64,000 nt of DNA from Desulfobacterales bacterium (GCA_040771865.1 JAXGZF010000004.1:186001-250000), one strand, 5' to 3'; positions 9,499 through 19,079 are shown, counted from the stretch's first letter. Notes: generated by a model not told the origin, from the letters alone. Numbers and translations: made by a program.

Positions 9499-10284
9499 CT
9501 ACTTGAGTTTTCTGGCCAGGAAGTATCCATCCGGATCGCATTTTTCCCGAAGCAGCTTGAGATCATCTGCGGAAGGCTCAGCCATATCCTTGAGGTCCGG
9601 AGAGATGATCAGTTCAAAACTCACCTTTTTCTGAATGTCTTCCGCCGTTCTTCCGGGCAGAACTTCCAACAGCGTCATTCGGCGGGTCTTATCGTCAAAT
9701 CCGAAAAGCGCCTCGTTGGTGATGACCCGGTACGGACCGGAACCCGTGACGCCGGCTTTATCCCGGTAGTCCGGGGAACCGTCGCCGTAGCCGATGCTGG
9801 TTACGAAATCCAGTTCATTGCTGAAACGCCTGGGCTCCAGCGCCATAATGGCGATGGTTCTCTCGCAGTTGGCGGCCATGGCCCCGGCGCCGCCGCTTCC
9901 CGGAAACCGGGTCTTGGCGTTGATGTAGGTTCCGCCTTCAAAGGTGGAATTGATGTTTCCGTACATGTCGATCTGAGCGCCGCCGATAAAGGCGAAGTCC
10001 GAATGGCCTCTCTGGGTCAGCTCGAACACTCCGCACAGGCCCTTGAGAAAACAGGCTTTGCGGCAGGCGCGGGTGTCTCCCACGGACAGGGGCATGCCCA
10101 TATCCATGATCGGGGCCAGAGGTCCGGCCTCGAAAATCAGTCCCAGACCCGGCGCATGGGTCAACTGGGCGTGCATGGATGCGATGATCGGAAGACCGGT
10201 GCCGACGAACACGATCTTGTTGTCTTCCAGAACTCGGGAACCGGTATAGGCTATCATTTCAAACGGCGTATATTGAGCAGACAT
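9499..10284 (-). CDS. Family I CoA-transferase beta subunit (glutaconate CoA-transferase B-like)
   Basis: FVGTGLP, LIFEAG (catalytic Glu), GGAQIDMYGNINST and PGSGG motifs. Confidence 0.9.
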   Translation of the reverse strand: MSAQYTPFEMIAYTGSRVLEDNKIVFVGTGLPIIASMHAQLTHAPGLGLIFEAGPLAPIMDMGMPLSVGDTRACRKACFLKGLCGVFELTQRGHSDFAFIGGAQIDMYGNINSTFEGGTYINAKTRFPGSGGAGAMAANCERTIAIMALEPRRFSNELDFVTSIGYGDGSPDYRDKAGVTGSGPYRVITNEALFGFDDKTRRMTLLEVLPGRTAEDIQKKVSFELIISPDLKDMAEPSADDLKLLREKCDPDGYFLARKLK

Positions 10285-10327
10285 TATTCAATCCTCCATG
10301 AATCGATTATTGGCTAAATGAAACGCA

Positions 10328-11416
10328 TTAGGCGGTGATGATCGGCTGGCCGCCGTCCAGATCGCGCATCTTCTTCAAGGTTTTGTAGGGCAGTTTGCCG
10401 ATGAAATCATCGAAGGTCTCGCAGCCGAAAATGTATTCATCGTAGTATTTTTTCAGTTTGTCCGTGTTGCCGCTTTTTCGGAATTCATCCGAAGCGCTGC
10501 GGAACATCAGAATGTGCTCCATATCAAACCAGTGATGTCCGTAGCAGATTCCGGGATAGGCGCCGAACCGCTGTTCGATCACGGCGTCCACCGCGCTGTA
10601 GGGAATTTCGGTCAGGTTCGGATAGGTGCGAATATTGTCGTTGGAGATCATCTGCTCGGTGGTGACAATGGTATGGGCGGATGCCATGGCGATTTCCGGG
10701 CAGGTGCAGTGCGCGCCGAAAATCCGGCAGTTGCCGAATTTGTCCGCCGCGGTGACGTGAACAAGGCCCAGATCCGGATAGCAGGCCGGCACCAGATAGG
10801 TGTGCTTTCCGCTGAACGGGCTTTTGATCATCTTGCCGCGGTTGGTCAGTTCCATGCTGGATCCGCCATGATCCCGGACCGGTATGAACTCGATGCCCAT
10901 TGCCGCAGCCTTGAACCGGGCCGACATGCCGTAGTTGGTGTAGTCGTCCATCATGATCATGCCGTTTGCGTTCAGGTGACGGAGAAGCGGCGCGATTCCG
11001 ATGACCTCGTATCCCCACCAGGCCAGTTCGACGCGTTTGATCGAAACCTGATTCGGATACAGCAGCATGGCGCCGGCCAGCAGTTCGGGGCAGATGGAGT
11101 TGGACTGAAAAGAAAGGGTCAGATCCTTGGCGCCGTGCCGAATGATCTCATGAATGATGGAAACCGGGGGCCGTGTGTTGACGAAGCCGCCGATGGCGAT
11201 ATTCATTCCGTCCTTTACAAAGCGATTCACCGCCTCCTTGGTGGTCGTCGTCTTGTCCGTCAAAGCCTTGGATTTGTTGACCATGATTTTTCTTGCGGCT
11301 TCCGGTGAAAGGCCCCACCATTCAAAATCGCCGTAACCGCCTGCGGTTTTATCCAACTCGGCAGGCTGAATTTTAGAGATGTTTTTAATTGCTGAACACA
11401 CTTCAGTTTGTTTCAT
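10328..11416 (-). CDS. Family I CoA-transferase alpha subunit (GctA-like) with N-terminal extension
   Basis: FVKDGMNIAIGG, RFKAAAMG, ADKFGN and VDAVIE...GAYP motifs; directly upstream of the beta subunit. Confidence 0.88.
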   Translation of the reverse strand: MKQTEVCSAIKNISKIQPAELDKTAGGYGDFEWWGLSPEAARKIMVNKSKALTDKTTTTKEAVNRFVKDGMNIAIGGFVNTRPPVSIIHEIIRHGAKDLTLSFQSNSICPELLAGAMLLYPNQVSIKRVELAWWGYEVIGIAPLLRHLNANGMIMMDDYTNYGMSARFKAAAMGIEFIPVRDHGGSSMELTNRGKMIKSPFSGKHTYLVPACYPDLGLVHVTAADKFGNCRIFGAHCTCPEIAMASAHTIVTTEQMISNDNIRTYPNLTEIPYSAVDAVIEQRFGAYPGICYGHHWFDMEHILMFRSASDEFRKSGNTDKLKKYYDEYIFGCETFDDFIGKLPYKTLKKMRDLDGGQPIITA

Positions 11417-11841
11417 TGCAATCCTCCCAGCTACTTAGATGATTAATATTTGCCATATTTTGCGGCAAAACATTGATAATACAAGCTTCTTTGATCATCC
11501 CGTCCTTTTGCAAAGAGGTAAATTTCACAAAGTTATTTAGAAAAGTCAATAATAAAATGAACGCATCTCTTAGTTTTCGAGTCGTAAATTCGAAGACGGT
11601 TTCATCTGCAAAACTTGGCGGTTGGCAGCCGCCGGAACCGGTCCTGCATTCGTTTGATTGTCCTTAAATGTTCCATTCGCCCGTCCGGTGTCTCGCTTTA
11701 CACCGGACTGCTCCGCGCCCTAAAATAGATCATCAAAACACTTGAAAACGGATGAATGCTTTGTTAACCATAATCCGGCGTTTGAAAAAGCCGATTTACG
11801 TGTTGATGTTTATTGAAGACAAAACGAAAGGAGAATTGAAT

Positions 11842-11940
11842 ATGGGAAAAGGGGATATTCGAACCAGGCGGGGCAAGACAGCCAGGGGAACTTTCGGCAA
11901 CTGCCGACCGAAAAAAAAGAAATCCAAACAGAAAAAATAA
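11842..11940 (+). CDS. 30S ribosomal protein THX-like peptide (bTHX/PSRP4 family)
   Basis: 32 aa MGKGDIRTRRGKTARGTFGNCRPKKK matches the THX pattern MGKGDxxTxRGKxxxGxxGxxRP; AAAGGAG RBS. Confidence 0.9.
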   Translation: MGKGDIRTRRGKTARGTFGNCRPKKKKSKQKK

Positions 11941-12238
11941 TCGCTGGCATTTGGCAAGTTTCAGAAAGCTGAACCCATGGAATTTTCCGGAAACGGGTGC
12001 CCGGCAGGCTAATTCACCGGTATAAAAGGTTCTGGCCGGATCGTTGTCGGCCGGACAGATGCAGACCTGCTAGCCCCCTGAGCGCTGGTGTGATATTTTT
12101 TCCGCGAATCCTGATCAAAGCACCACGCCTTATTTGATATTTTTCGCCTATATAATAATGGTATTTATGCAACAGCCTGAAACACGCGCCATGCGTTGAG
12201 AATCTAGAGTCGCTGAATAATTTGTTTTAAGATGCCCC

Positions 12239-12871
12239 ATGACGCATGAAAATTTTTCCTATCCGCCAGCCATACTTTATCCCGTTATTTTGCAGGTAAA
12301 TCCGGAAGTCAGGCAACTTTCGGGGTCCGACCGCGCCCGGGCCCTCAGCCGGATCGCTCGTCTTGCCCTGGCTTTGAGCGCTGAAATAAGCGACTTGAAA
12401 ACCGGGGATCTGGTTAAAAATGCACAGGGCGCTCCGATGCCAAATGATGGGATTTACTGGTCCGTGACCCACAAGCCGGAATATGTAGCCGGAATGCTGG
12501 GACCCAGTCCGATCGGCATCGATCTTGAAAAAATCCGCCCCGTCCACCAGGGAATCTATCGAAAGGTTGCCGATGATGCGCAGTGGGTTCTTGACGACAG
12601 CGTCCCTCTGATCCGTTTTTTCAGATTCTGGACGGCCAAGGAAGCCGTGCTCAAGGCCTGCGGTACAGGCCTGAGAGATCTTTCCGAATGCCGGATCGAA
12701 AAGGTCAGCGGTCCGGACCGGCTCATCGTGTGTTATCAGAAAAAATACTGGAGTGTTTTCCATATTTTTTTCGACGGCCACGTGGCGGCTGCAGCCGGCC
12801 GAAACATCGAAATTTGCTGGAATTTCGAGGATCATTACTCAGAGATCGGATCTGGCGCAACCGGACCGTGA
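12239..12871 (+). CDS. Sfp-type 4'-phosphopantetheinyl transferase
   Basis: GAP...WSVTH, IGIDLE and FWTAKEAVLKA-G-GL motifs. Confidence 0.9.
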   Translation: MTHENFSYPPAILYPVILQVNPEVRQLSGSDRARALSRIARLALALSAEISDLKTGDLVKNAQGAPMPNDGIYWSVTHKPEYVAGMLGPSPIGIDLEKIRPVHQGIYRKVADDAQWVLDDSVPLIRFFRFWTAKEAVLKACGTGLRDLSECRIEKVSGPDRLIVCYQKKYWSVFHIFFDGHVAAAAGRNIEICWNFEDHYSEIGSGATGP

Positions 12872-13057
12872 CATGGGTTTTCCGAAAAAGCGGATGGCAC
12901 CAAAGTCAAACCGTCGACGACCAATTCTGTGGATCAACACCTTGCAGGGCGTGGTCGTGCGCGCAGCCTGAGCGGGGTTACAGCGATTCGGGCTGCATCG
13001 CTCCCCACTTCGGCTTATGCTGCCTGCATTTTATTCCTCAATGCGTTCAAGGATGGT

Positions 13058-13681
13058 TCAGGATCCTTTCAATCCTGTGAATAGAATGTCCAGTATAATG
13101 TCCAGGTCATTCGGGTAGGGATGATGTTCCGGCGCTTCGAGCCAGAGAAAAAGAAAGGCATTGGTAAGGCTGTTGAGGGCAACAGCCAGATGATAAGGAG
13201 TAGCGATTTTTTTAAACCGATTCCTTTGCATTCCGGTTTCAAACACAGAGGCGAGGGTTTGTATGAACCCGTAGTGCCGGTCACGGATCTGGGCGGTCAA
13301 ACCCGCCATGACATTAAAGTCGGCACCTCGGGTTCCAGCAAAATACACGCGTATTCCGGCTACATTGTCGCGGAAGTATTCGCCCTTGACCCTTACAAAA
13401 TTTCGCAGTTTTTCAATCTCGTCATCCGACTCATCCATGGCCTTTGTAAGCTTGTCATGAAATCTGTCGGCCTCCTCCAGTACGAGGGCTTTGTAAAGGT
13501 CTTTCTTGTTCTTGAAAAACTTGTAAAGGGTTCCGACGGCAAATTCGGACTTTTCGGCGATTTCGTGCATGGAGACGTTGTGGTATCCCTTTTCCGAAAA
13601 AAGTCCGAGCGAGACTGCAAGCATCTCTTTGCGCTGTCTTAATTTTTCTCTTTCACGTCTTGGGAGTATCCTCTCTGCCAT
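13058..13681 (-). CDS. TetR/AcrR family transcriptional regulator
   Basis: N-terminal HTH FSEKGYHNVSMHEIA...GTLYKFFKNKKDL; GAGG RBS before ATG 13681. Confidence 0.93.
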   Translation of the reverse strand: MAERILPRREREKLRQRKEMLAVSLGLFSEKGYHNVSMHEIAEKSEFAVGTLYKFFKNKKDLYKALVLEEADRFHDKLTKAMDESDDEIEKLRNFVRVKGEYFRDNVAGIRVYFAGTRGADFNVMAGLTAQIRDRHYGFIQTLASVFETGMQRNRFKKIATPYHLAVALNSLTNAFLFLWLEAPEHHPYPNDLDIILDILFTGLKGS

Positions 13682-13682
13682 G

Positions 13683-13936
13683 TGGCGACCTCGCAGCATA
13701 TAGAATTTAATCAGATGAATGTGAACATGGCGTCATTTTACGAATTATGTGACACTTTATGCGGTGAGACGCCATTATGTCAAGCGGAAAATTTCCATGC
13801 ATCTTCGGCAATACAGTTTTCACGGTTCGATATTTCAGACGGCATTCTATGCCTGTGCGTGTAAATGATTCTTCGGGACGGGTTGGACAAGATGACAATC
13901 GCGAACGAATGGCCGAATCTGATTTTATATATCGGC
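13683..13936 (+). repeat. TetR upstream region, copy 1 of a diverged direct repeat
   Basis: Aligns with 19233-19543; shared blocks include GCGACCTCGC, CATTATGTCAAG, ATTCTTCGGGA and ATATCGGC. Confidence 0.8.
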
Positions 13937-13975
13937 AGACGGCTGCCGTTTTCTGGAACAATTTTAAGAATTTTT

Positions 13976-14112
13976 GATGGCTTCGAAAAAAGCCAATTTC
14001 TGCGTTGCGCTGCATCCTTCGTCATTGCGGGCTATGTGCTTCTTATTTTTCGGAATTTGCGACGCATTGAACTTTTGACTTTACCATCGAAATGATGACT
14101 TTTTTCGAGACC
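13976..14112 (+). mobile_element. MITE-like palindromic repeat family B, decayed copy
   Basis: GATGGCTTCG...CCAATTTCTGCGTTGCGC...ACTTTTTTCGAGACC; homologous to 31171-31317. Confidence 0.75.
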
Positions 14113-14783
14113 TCCCTGTCCTTTTGCGGCCAAAATTGCTTTGTTGGAACCCGCAGATGATTACATGCAAAGTTGTTGCTTGCGAAATTACAACTTGACG
14201 AATCAAAAAATTTGGATTAACTATCAAAATTTTTTTGTTGACTTCTGGAATGGGGCTAAATATTGTTGAAACAGATGAGGCGAATGCCTTTTCGCAGCGA
14301 CCCCTCCGATTGTACGTTCCTGGATTCTGAAAGATTTTATAATCTTCCTTTCTGTACTGGCGACCTCTTTATTCGGATTAACCTCCACCAGGGAGGTGCT
14401 CAATGAATAAGAAACTGAAGTTCTGCATTTCTGTCTCCTGACAGGTTTTTTGCCTGTGGGAAGTAGCTGCCGACATTTCTAAACTTCAGCCACATAAAAA
14501 TTTTACGCCTTTGATCGCAGCGTAGCTATCTGCGGCGCGTTGTGAAAAAAGAGTTGTTTGTGTGAGGTGCGGTTATGTCAACAAATGCTTTGGTGTATTT
14601 CAAAATACCCATACAGCGGCCCAAGGGTGGCCCATGCCATTCTTGGGCGAGAAAACATGTCAGGCGGAAATGGTTTTTTTAACATCAGGCATAATGATTC
14701 GAGGTTGTGCAGAATGGAGAAAAAAACCAGGGTAAGAAAGTGGATTTGTATTTCCAATCCTCTCGGTAAAAGGAGGTACGGAT

Positions 14784-16472
14784 ATGAAGATTTTGATACA
14801 AACTTTATGTGTTGGGGTTGCGCTCGCCTTTTCCGTATTTTTTCTAGCGGGCGCGGGCAATGTGTTCGGGGCAGACGGGGCGGGTTTGTTTGAACTGGAG
14901 GGCAATGCCGTCCAGGACGATGCCACGCCTCCCCCTGACGATTGGGCGACCCTTTACGGCGGAGGCGGCGACGCTGAGCCTTATTCATTTGAGAACGAAG
15001 GTTCTGGCGTGAGCATCTTCACGGGCGGGCGGAAGGACATTCAGGACATTCCGGACTGGGGCTATAAGGACGGCTCTGTGCCGGACAAGGACGATATTTT
15101 AGATGCCTTTGCCGCGGCTTACAATGATGCAGGAGACCTGATCGTCTATTTCGGCGCCGACCGTATTTCCAACGTCGGGGATGCTTATATGGGCTTCTGG
15201 TTCTTCAAGCAACCAGTCACCCTGGACGGTAACGGCGGGTTCATAGGAGAGCACGAAAACGGCGATATTCTGGTGCTGGCGAACTTTCCGCAGGCTACGA
15301 ACGCGGTGCCCCTGGTGCAGGTGGTCGAGTGGGATGCCAGTTGTTCCAAAGCGGACAGCAACAACCCCGCGGTCGGTCAATGCGCCGCGGCAAACCTCAG
15401 GCTGCTTGCGGGGGTTTCGGGCGCGGGCGCGATTTGCGATGGAACGGGGTATGTTGGATCTGTTGGCGCATGTGCGATCACCAACACGGAGGGCGGTCCC
15501 TATGACCCCACAGCCTCACCATGGCTTTACACGTCCAAGGACGGGTATGTGAATCAGTTTCCGTACGAAACGTTCTTTGAGGGCGGAATCAACCTGACCC
15601 AACTCGTCGGGGGAGACACCTGCTACAGCAGTTTCATGGCCGAGACGCGTTCTTCAAGCTCGTTCACCGCGTCGCTCAAGGACTTCGTTCTGGATGCCTT
15701 CCCACTGTGCGGCGTCTCCGTGACAAAAGCCTGCACCAATCCGACACTGAGTTCTGATAATGTGCATATCATCTATGACATTGCCGGCACGGTCTCGAAT
15801 ACCGGTTATGCAACGATGTACAATATCAGCCTTGTGGACGCTCCCGCCTTTGATGCGGGCAGCCTTGCTTGGTCGGGCTCCACCGCCTCTCTGGCCGCGG
15901 GCGCGAGTATCAACTACTCGGCGACCATTACGGTGTCCATAGGTCAGAACGGACCTTCAGATCAGGTGACGGCGACGGCATACACGCAGCCGGTGGGCGG
16001 TAGTGCGCTGACCGCTTCGGATACGGCTAACTGTCCGCAACTGCAGATCAGTCCCGAGCTTTCCGTCACCAAATCCTGCTACTCCATCGTCACAACGATG
16101 ACTGACCCCGTGCGGGTTGTGGCTAAGGTGAACGTTTCCGGCGAGGTCTGCAACACCGGCGACACGCCGTTGTTCAACGTGGCAGTGGTAGATAATGAAG
16201 CCGGCACCCTGCTGTCGAGTCAGTATCTGGTCGCGCCGGATGATCCTTTGGATCCTGGTGCAACCGAAGGCGCCTGCATGACTTACAACGGTTCGTATTT
16301 CCCGTCCGAGGCCCTTGAATTTGATGGCGAGACAGCGACCACCGATCCTTGCCTGGTTCATTTCAGGGATCAGGTGACGGCCACCGCTACCGATATTTTT
16401 GGAGCCCCTGTGACGCCGCAAAGCGACAGCGCAATATGTCCGCTGTGCGACTGCTGTGAGTACTGCGAATAA
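14784..16472 (+). CDS. Secreted Cys-rich protein with two C-terminal DUF11-like Ig repeats (putative adhesin or matrix protein)
   Basis: Signal peptide, AAGGAGG RBS, two repeats (VTKxC...NTG...DQVTATA) and a terminal CPLCDCCEYCE. Function is inferred. Confidence 0.75.
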   Translation: MKILIQTLCVGVALAFSVFFLAGAGNVFGADGAGLFELEGNAVQDDATPPPDDWATLYGGGGDAEPYSFENEGSGVSIFTGGRKDIQDIPDWGYKDGSVPDKDDILDAFAAAYNDAGDLIVYFGADRISNVGDAYMGFWFFKQPVTLDGNGGFIGEHENGDILVLANFPQATNAVPLVQVVEWDASCSKADSNNPAVGQCAAANLRLLAGVSGAGAICDGTGYVGSVGACAITNTEGGPYDPTASPWLYTSKDGYVNQFPYETFFEGGINLTQLVGGDTCYSSFMAETRSSSSFTASLKDFVLDAFPLCGVSVTKACTNPTLSSDNVHIIYDIAGTVSNTGYATMYNISLVDAPAFDAGSLAWSGSTASLAAGASINYSATITVSIGQNGPSDQVTATAYTQPVGGSALTASDTANCPQLQISPELSVTKSCYSIVTTMTDPVRVVAKVNVSGEVCNTGDTPLFNVAVVDNEAGTLLSSQYLVAPDDPLDPGATEGACMTYNGSYFPSEALEFDGETATTDPCLVHFRDQVTATATDIFGAPVTPQSDSAICPLCDCCEYCE

Positions 16473-16491
16473 TTGTTTTTGGAACCTGAGC

Positions 16492-16523
16492 GGGGGGGGG
16501 GGAATGATCCCACCGCCCCTTTT
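16492..16523 (+). terminator. Probable terminator between convergent genes
   Basis: G11 run pairs with CCCACCGCCCC and is followed by TTTT. Confidence 0.6.
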
Positions 16524-16575
16524 ATTCAGGAGGGAAGCGCGCGGCAGCGCCGAGCGCACCGATAGACGGGTCGCG

Positions 16576-18876
16576 TTACTTGGTTTTTGTAAACGACACG
16601 TGAACCGCGGCCGTTGCCTCATGCACACCGTCTGTGATGGTGTAAAAGAAACTGTCTTTCCCCTTGGCGTTGCGGTTGGGAGCGTAGGTCGCCCTGCCGC
16701 TGGCGTCGAATGTCACGGTTCCCATGGAACCCTGCGTGAATCCCTTCACCGTCAGCGGATCATTGTCCGGATCCGAATCGTTGTTGAGCACATAGATGAC
16801 CACCGGTACGAGCTTCGTCGTTGAGGCGCTGTCATCAACGGCGATGGGCGCTTCATTATCCGATTGCCGGTTCACGATATACGTCAAGGAAGCCGAGGCT
16901 GTGCAGGCGGTATCGTCGATGTCCTGCGCCGAAATGTTTATGGTATAGGAAGCAACCGCCGCCGAAGGTGACGATGTTATCTCCAGAGTGGTGGCGGCGC
17001 TTGCTCCCGGCTCGACCTCCAGGCGATCTGTGCCCCAGACGGCGGTCCATCCCTGCGGAACGACAGCCGCCAGATCAAAGAAGGCGCCTGAGCAGCCGAC
17101 GCTGCCGGTATTGCTGACCGTAACGGTATAGGTTACGGACGTCCCGGCTGCGACCCACTGACTTTCGGCAGGCGAAGCCGCCACAATCGGATTGGTGCGC
17201 ACGCAGATCGGCGTATCGAAGCTGACAGACACCATCGCGGTGCTGCCGTTTCCGGACAGACTGGTAATCAATATGCCGTTTTCGGGATCGGAAAATGTCT
17301 GTCCGAAAACAAGCGCAGGATCTCCCCAGTCCCACGTCAAAGAGCTGTCGGGCGTCATATCCAGCAGAACGCTGCTTCCGGGGTCAGACTCGTTTGCCAT
17401 GCGAACCGCTACCCCGTTGAGCACGTTAGAGTTGCCGGCGAGAAAATCGTCGAAACCCAGGGCCTGCCGGTATTCGATGTAATACCATGTCTTTCCGCCG
17501 GTAACCGGGTCTGTGTCTTTCAATACTTTCAGGGCATTGGGCGTCGCATCGCGGTCCGTTTCGTAAGCTTCCAGCGTGTAGGCGCCGGATCTGTCGGCAG
17601 TAATAATATCATTCAGATTGGGGTCCAGCCAGCCAAGCCGCTCCTTCTGGAAGGCGTTGAAGTGTCCGACCGATTGATTTCCCATGATGTCCATGGTGTC
17701 GCCGTATGGATATACCACGAAATCGCAGCCGAGAGTTGTTTCGCCGCACTCGAGGGCGGCGGAGTGAAAAAGTCCCAGATTATGACCCAACTCGTGGCCG
17801 ACCGTCTTGAGCCTGAACCAGCTTCCGTTGATCCAAGCCTCGGAGGGGTTGCCGCCGACAGTGCCCGAACCCGAAGGAAAGCAGGGGGTTTGAGGGAAGA
17901 CATAGATGTAGCGGTTAAAGGCGGAAAGGTTAACTCCTGCGTTTCGAGCAGCTTCCTGGGCAAGTCGGGCCACCTCGGCGATTTTGCAGGTGGTGCTGTC
18001 GGTCGGCTGATCAAAGGGCAGCGTGTACCAGCCGTAAACCTCGCCGGCGAGCCAGGTCTGGCCGAAAGAACTTTCTTTAAAAAAATCGTTCACCGTGCCG
18101 AATACCAAGTCCCGCGCTTCTTCCACCGTCCAGGGCTCATTGGTCGGATCATTTCGAAAATTCACCAGCAGGACCAATGTACGCTGTTCGCCGAAGGTGT
18201 TGGGCAGCACTGCCGCCGAAGCTGCGCCCGCAGTCACGGATTCTTCACCGTCCAGCGCCAGGATCTGCAGACCGGTCTCCCCGGACTCCAATGCCATGGC
18301 GTCGTCCATCTGCACCCCATGGGCTCGCACCCGCAAGCCGCTGAGAACTCTGGACGGCCGGGCTTTGAAGTAGAGCGAAAAGCGTTCACCGTTCACGTTC
18401 AGAAGGTAACGAAGGCGGCTGCCGCCCTCATAATCCTCTTCGATTACCTCCAGCGCGCCCTCCAGATCGCGCCACTGTTCGATAAATGTCTGTACCACAG
18501 CCGGCATTCCGTGATTCAGCCGTTCGGGCAGGGCGAGTCGCAGCACCTCGCCCGGATTGTTCTCGATCAGCGAAAGAAGAAGCTGCCAGCGCTCGACTGC
18601 CGGATTGATGAGTTCGCCCTGAAGTTTTGACTGTTCGGCTGGGCTGGCGGACAGGTAGCAGTTAATCAGGCCAACCAGGTTGTTTGTCAGGCGCTCCGCG
18701 TCTGCAGCCGTTCCGGCATCAGGGGGGGGCTGGGCGAGGGAAATCCCTGATGTGTCAGAGAACACAATCCCGAAAGCCAAAAGAATGACGAAGATCAGAC
18801 GAAAGGTGTGATACGAAATTCTCTGCAAAGAGAAAGGGTTTAAAAAGATTGATTTAAATACAGGTCTCGGGTTCAT
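16576..18876 (-). CDS. Secreted metzincin metalloprotease (M11 gametolysin-like) with NEW3/NPCBM-associated and cadherin-like Ig domains
   Basis: HELGHNLGLFH zinc motif, YGDxxDIMG Met-turn, hydrophobic signal region and C-terminal NEAPIAVDD...VLNNDSDPD. ATG 18876 has an AAGGAGG RBS. Confidence 0.88.
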   Translation of the reverse strand: MNPRPVFKSIFLNPFSLQRISYHTFRLIFVILLAFGIVFSDTSGISLAQPPPDAGTAADAERLTNNLVGLINCYLSASPAEQSKLQGELINPAVERWQLLLSLIENNPGEVLRLALPERLNHGMPAVVQTFIEQWRDLEGALEVIEEDYEGGSRLRYLLNVNGERFSLYFKARPSRVLSGLRVRAHGVQMDDAMALESGETGLQILALDGEESVTAGAASAAVLPNTFGEQRTLVLLVNFRNDPTNEPWTVEEARDLVFGTVNDFFKESSFGQTWLAGEVYGWYTLPFDQPTDSTTCKIAEVARLAQEAARNAGVNLSAFNRYIYVFPQTPCFPSGSGTVGGNPSEAWINGSWFRLKTVGHELGHNLGLFHSAALECGETTLGCDFVVYPYGDTMDIMGNQSVGHFNAFQKERLGWLDPNLNDIITADRSGAYTLEAYETDRDATPNALKVLKDTDPVTGGKTWYYIEYRQALGFDDFLAGNSNVLNGVAVRMANESDPGSSVLLDMTPDSSLTWDWGDPALVFGQTFSDPENGILITSLSGNGSTAMVSVSFDTPICVRTNPIVAASPAESQWVAAGTSVTYTVTVSNTGSVGCSGAFFDLAAVVPQGWTAVWGTDRLEVEPGASAATTLEITSSPSAAVASYTINISAQDIDDTACTASASLTYIVNRQSDNEAPIAVDDSASTTKLVPVVIYVLNNDSDPDNDPLTVKGFTQGSMGTVTFDASGRATYAPNRNAKGKDSFFYTITDGVHEATAAVHVSFTKTK

Positions 18877-18944
18877 AAAAAAGCCTCCTTTATTGATGGT
18901 ACTGGAGGACTCCTTACTGCCCGATGCCAATAAGCTGGTCTCTC

Positions 18945-19034
18945 TTCCTTCGGCAGCCCGGCTGTCCGTAATCCGCTCAGGACCCAAGGCTTTGCGCCGC
19001 TGTCATGCAACAGCATTGCCTTTTCGGGAAGGAG
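18945..19034 (-). ncRNA. Cyclic di-GMP class I (GEMM-I) riboswitch
   Basis: Reverse complement CCTTCCCGAAAAGGCAA-TGCTGTT-GCAT-GACAGC-GGCGCAAAGCC-TTGGGTCC...GGACAGCCGGGCTGCC-GAAGG shows P1, P2, P3 and the GGCAA, CGCAAAGC and GACAGC cores. Confidence 0.88.
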
Positions 19035-19063
19035 CCCTCAATCGTCAATTCTGTACAATATGA

Positions 19064-19079
19064 AGCAACAATGGTGCCA
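19064..19079 (-). promoter_or_regulatory. Sigma-54 (-24/-12) promoter
   Basis: TGGCAC-CATTG-TTGCT matches the consensus TGGCAC-N5-TTGC; about 30 nt upstream of the riboswitch on the same strand. Confidence 0.85.

Noticed and set aside
14439..14456. TGA followed by a hairpin as a selenocysteine/SECIS signal
   Set aside because: The hairpin has a U-rich loop at the wrong spacing, and the read-through product is short and unrecognisable.
16492..16502. G11 tract as a phase-variation site
   Set aside because: It is intergenic between convergent genes and forms a terminator stem.
18877..18987. Longer N-terminus for the M11 protease
   Set aside because: It overlaps the riboswitch, and an AAGGAGG RBS precedes ATG 18876.
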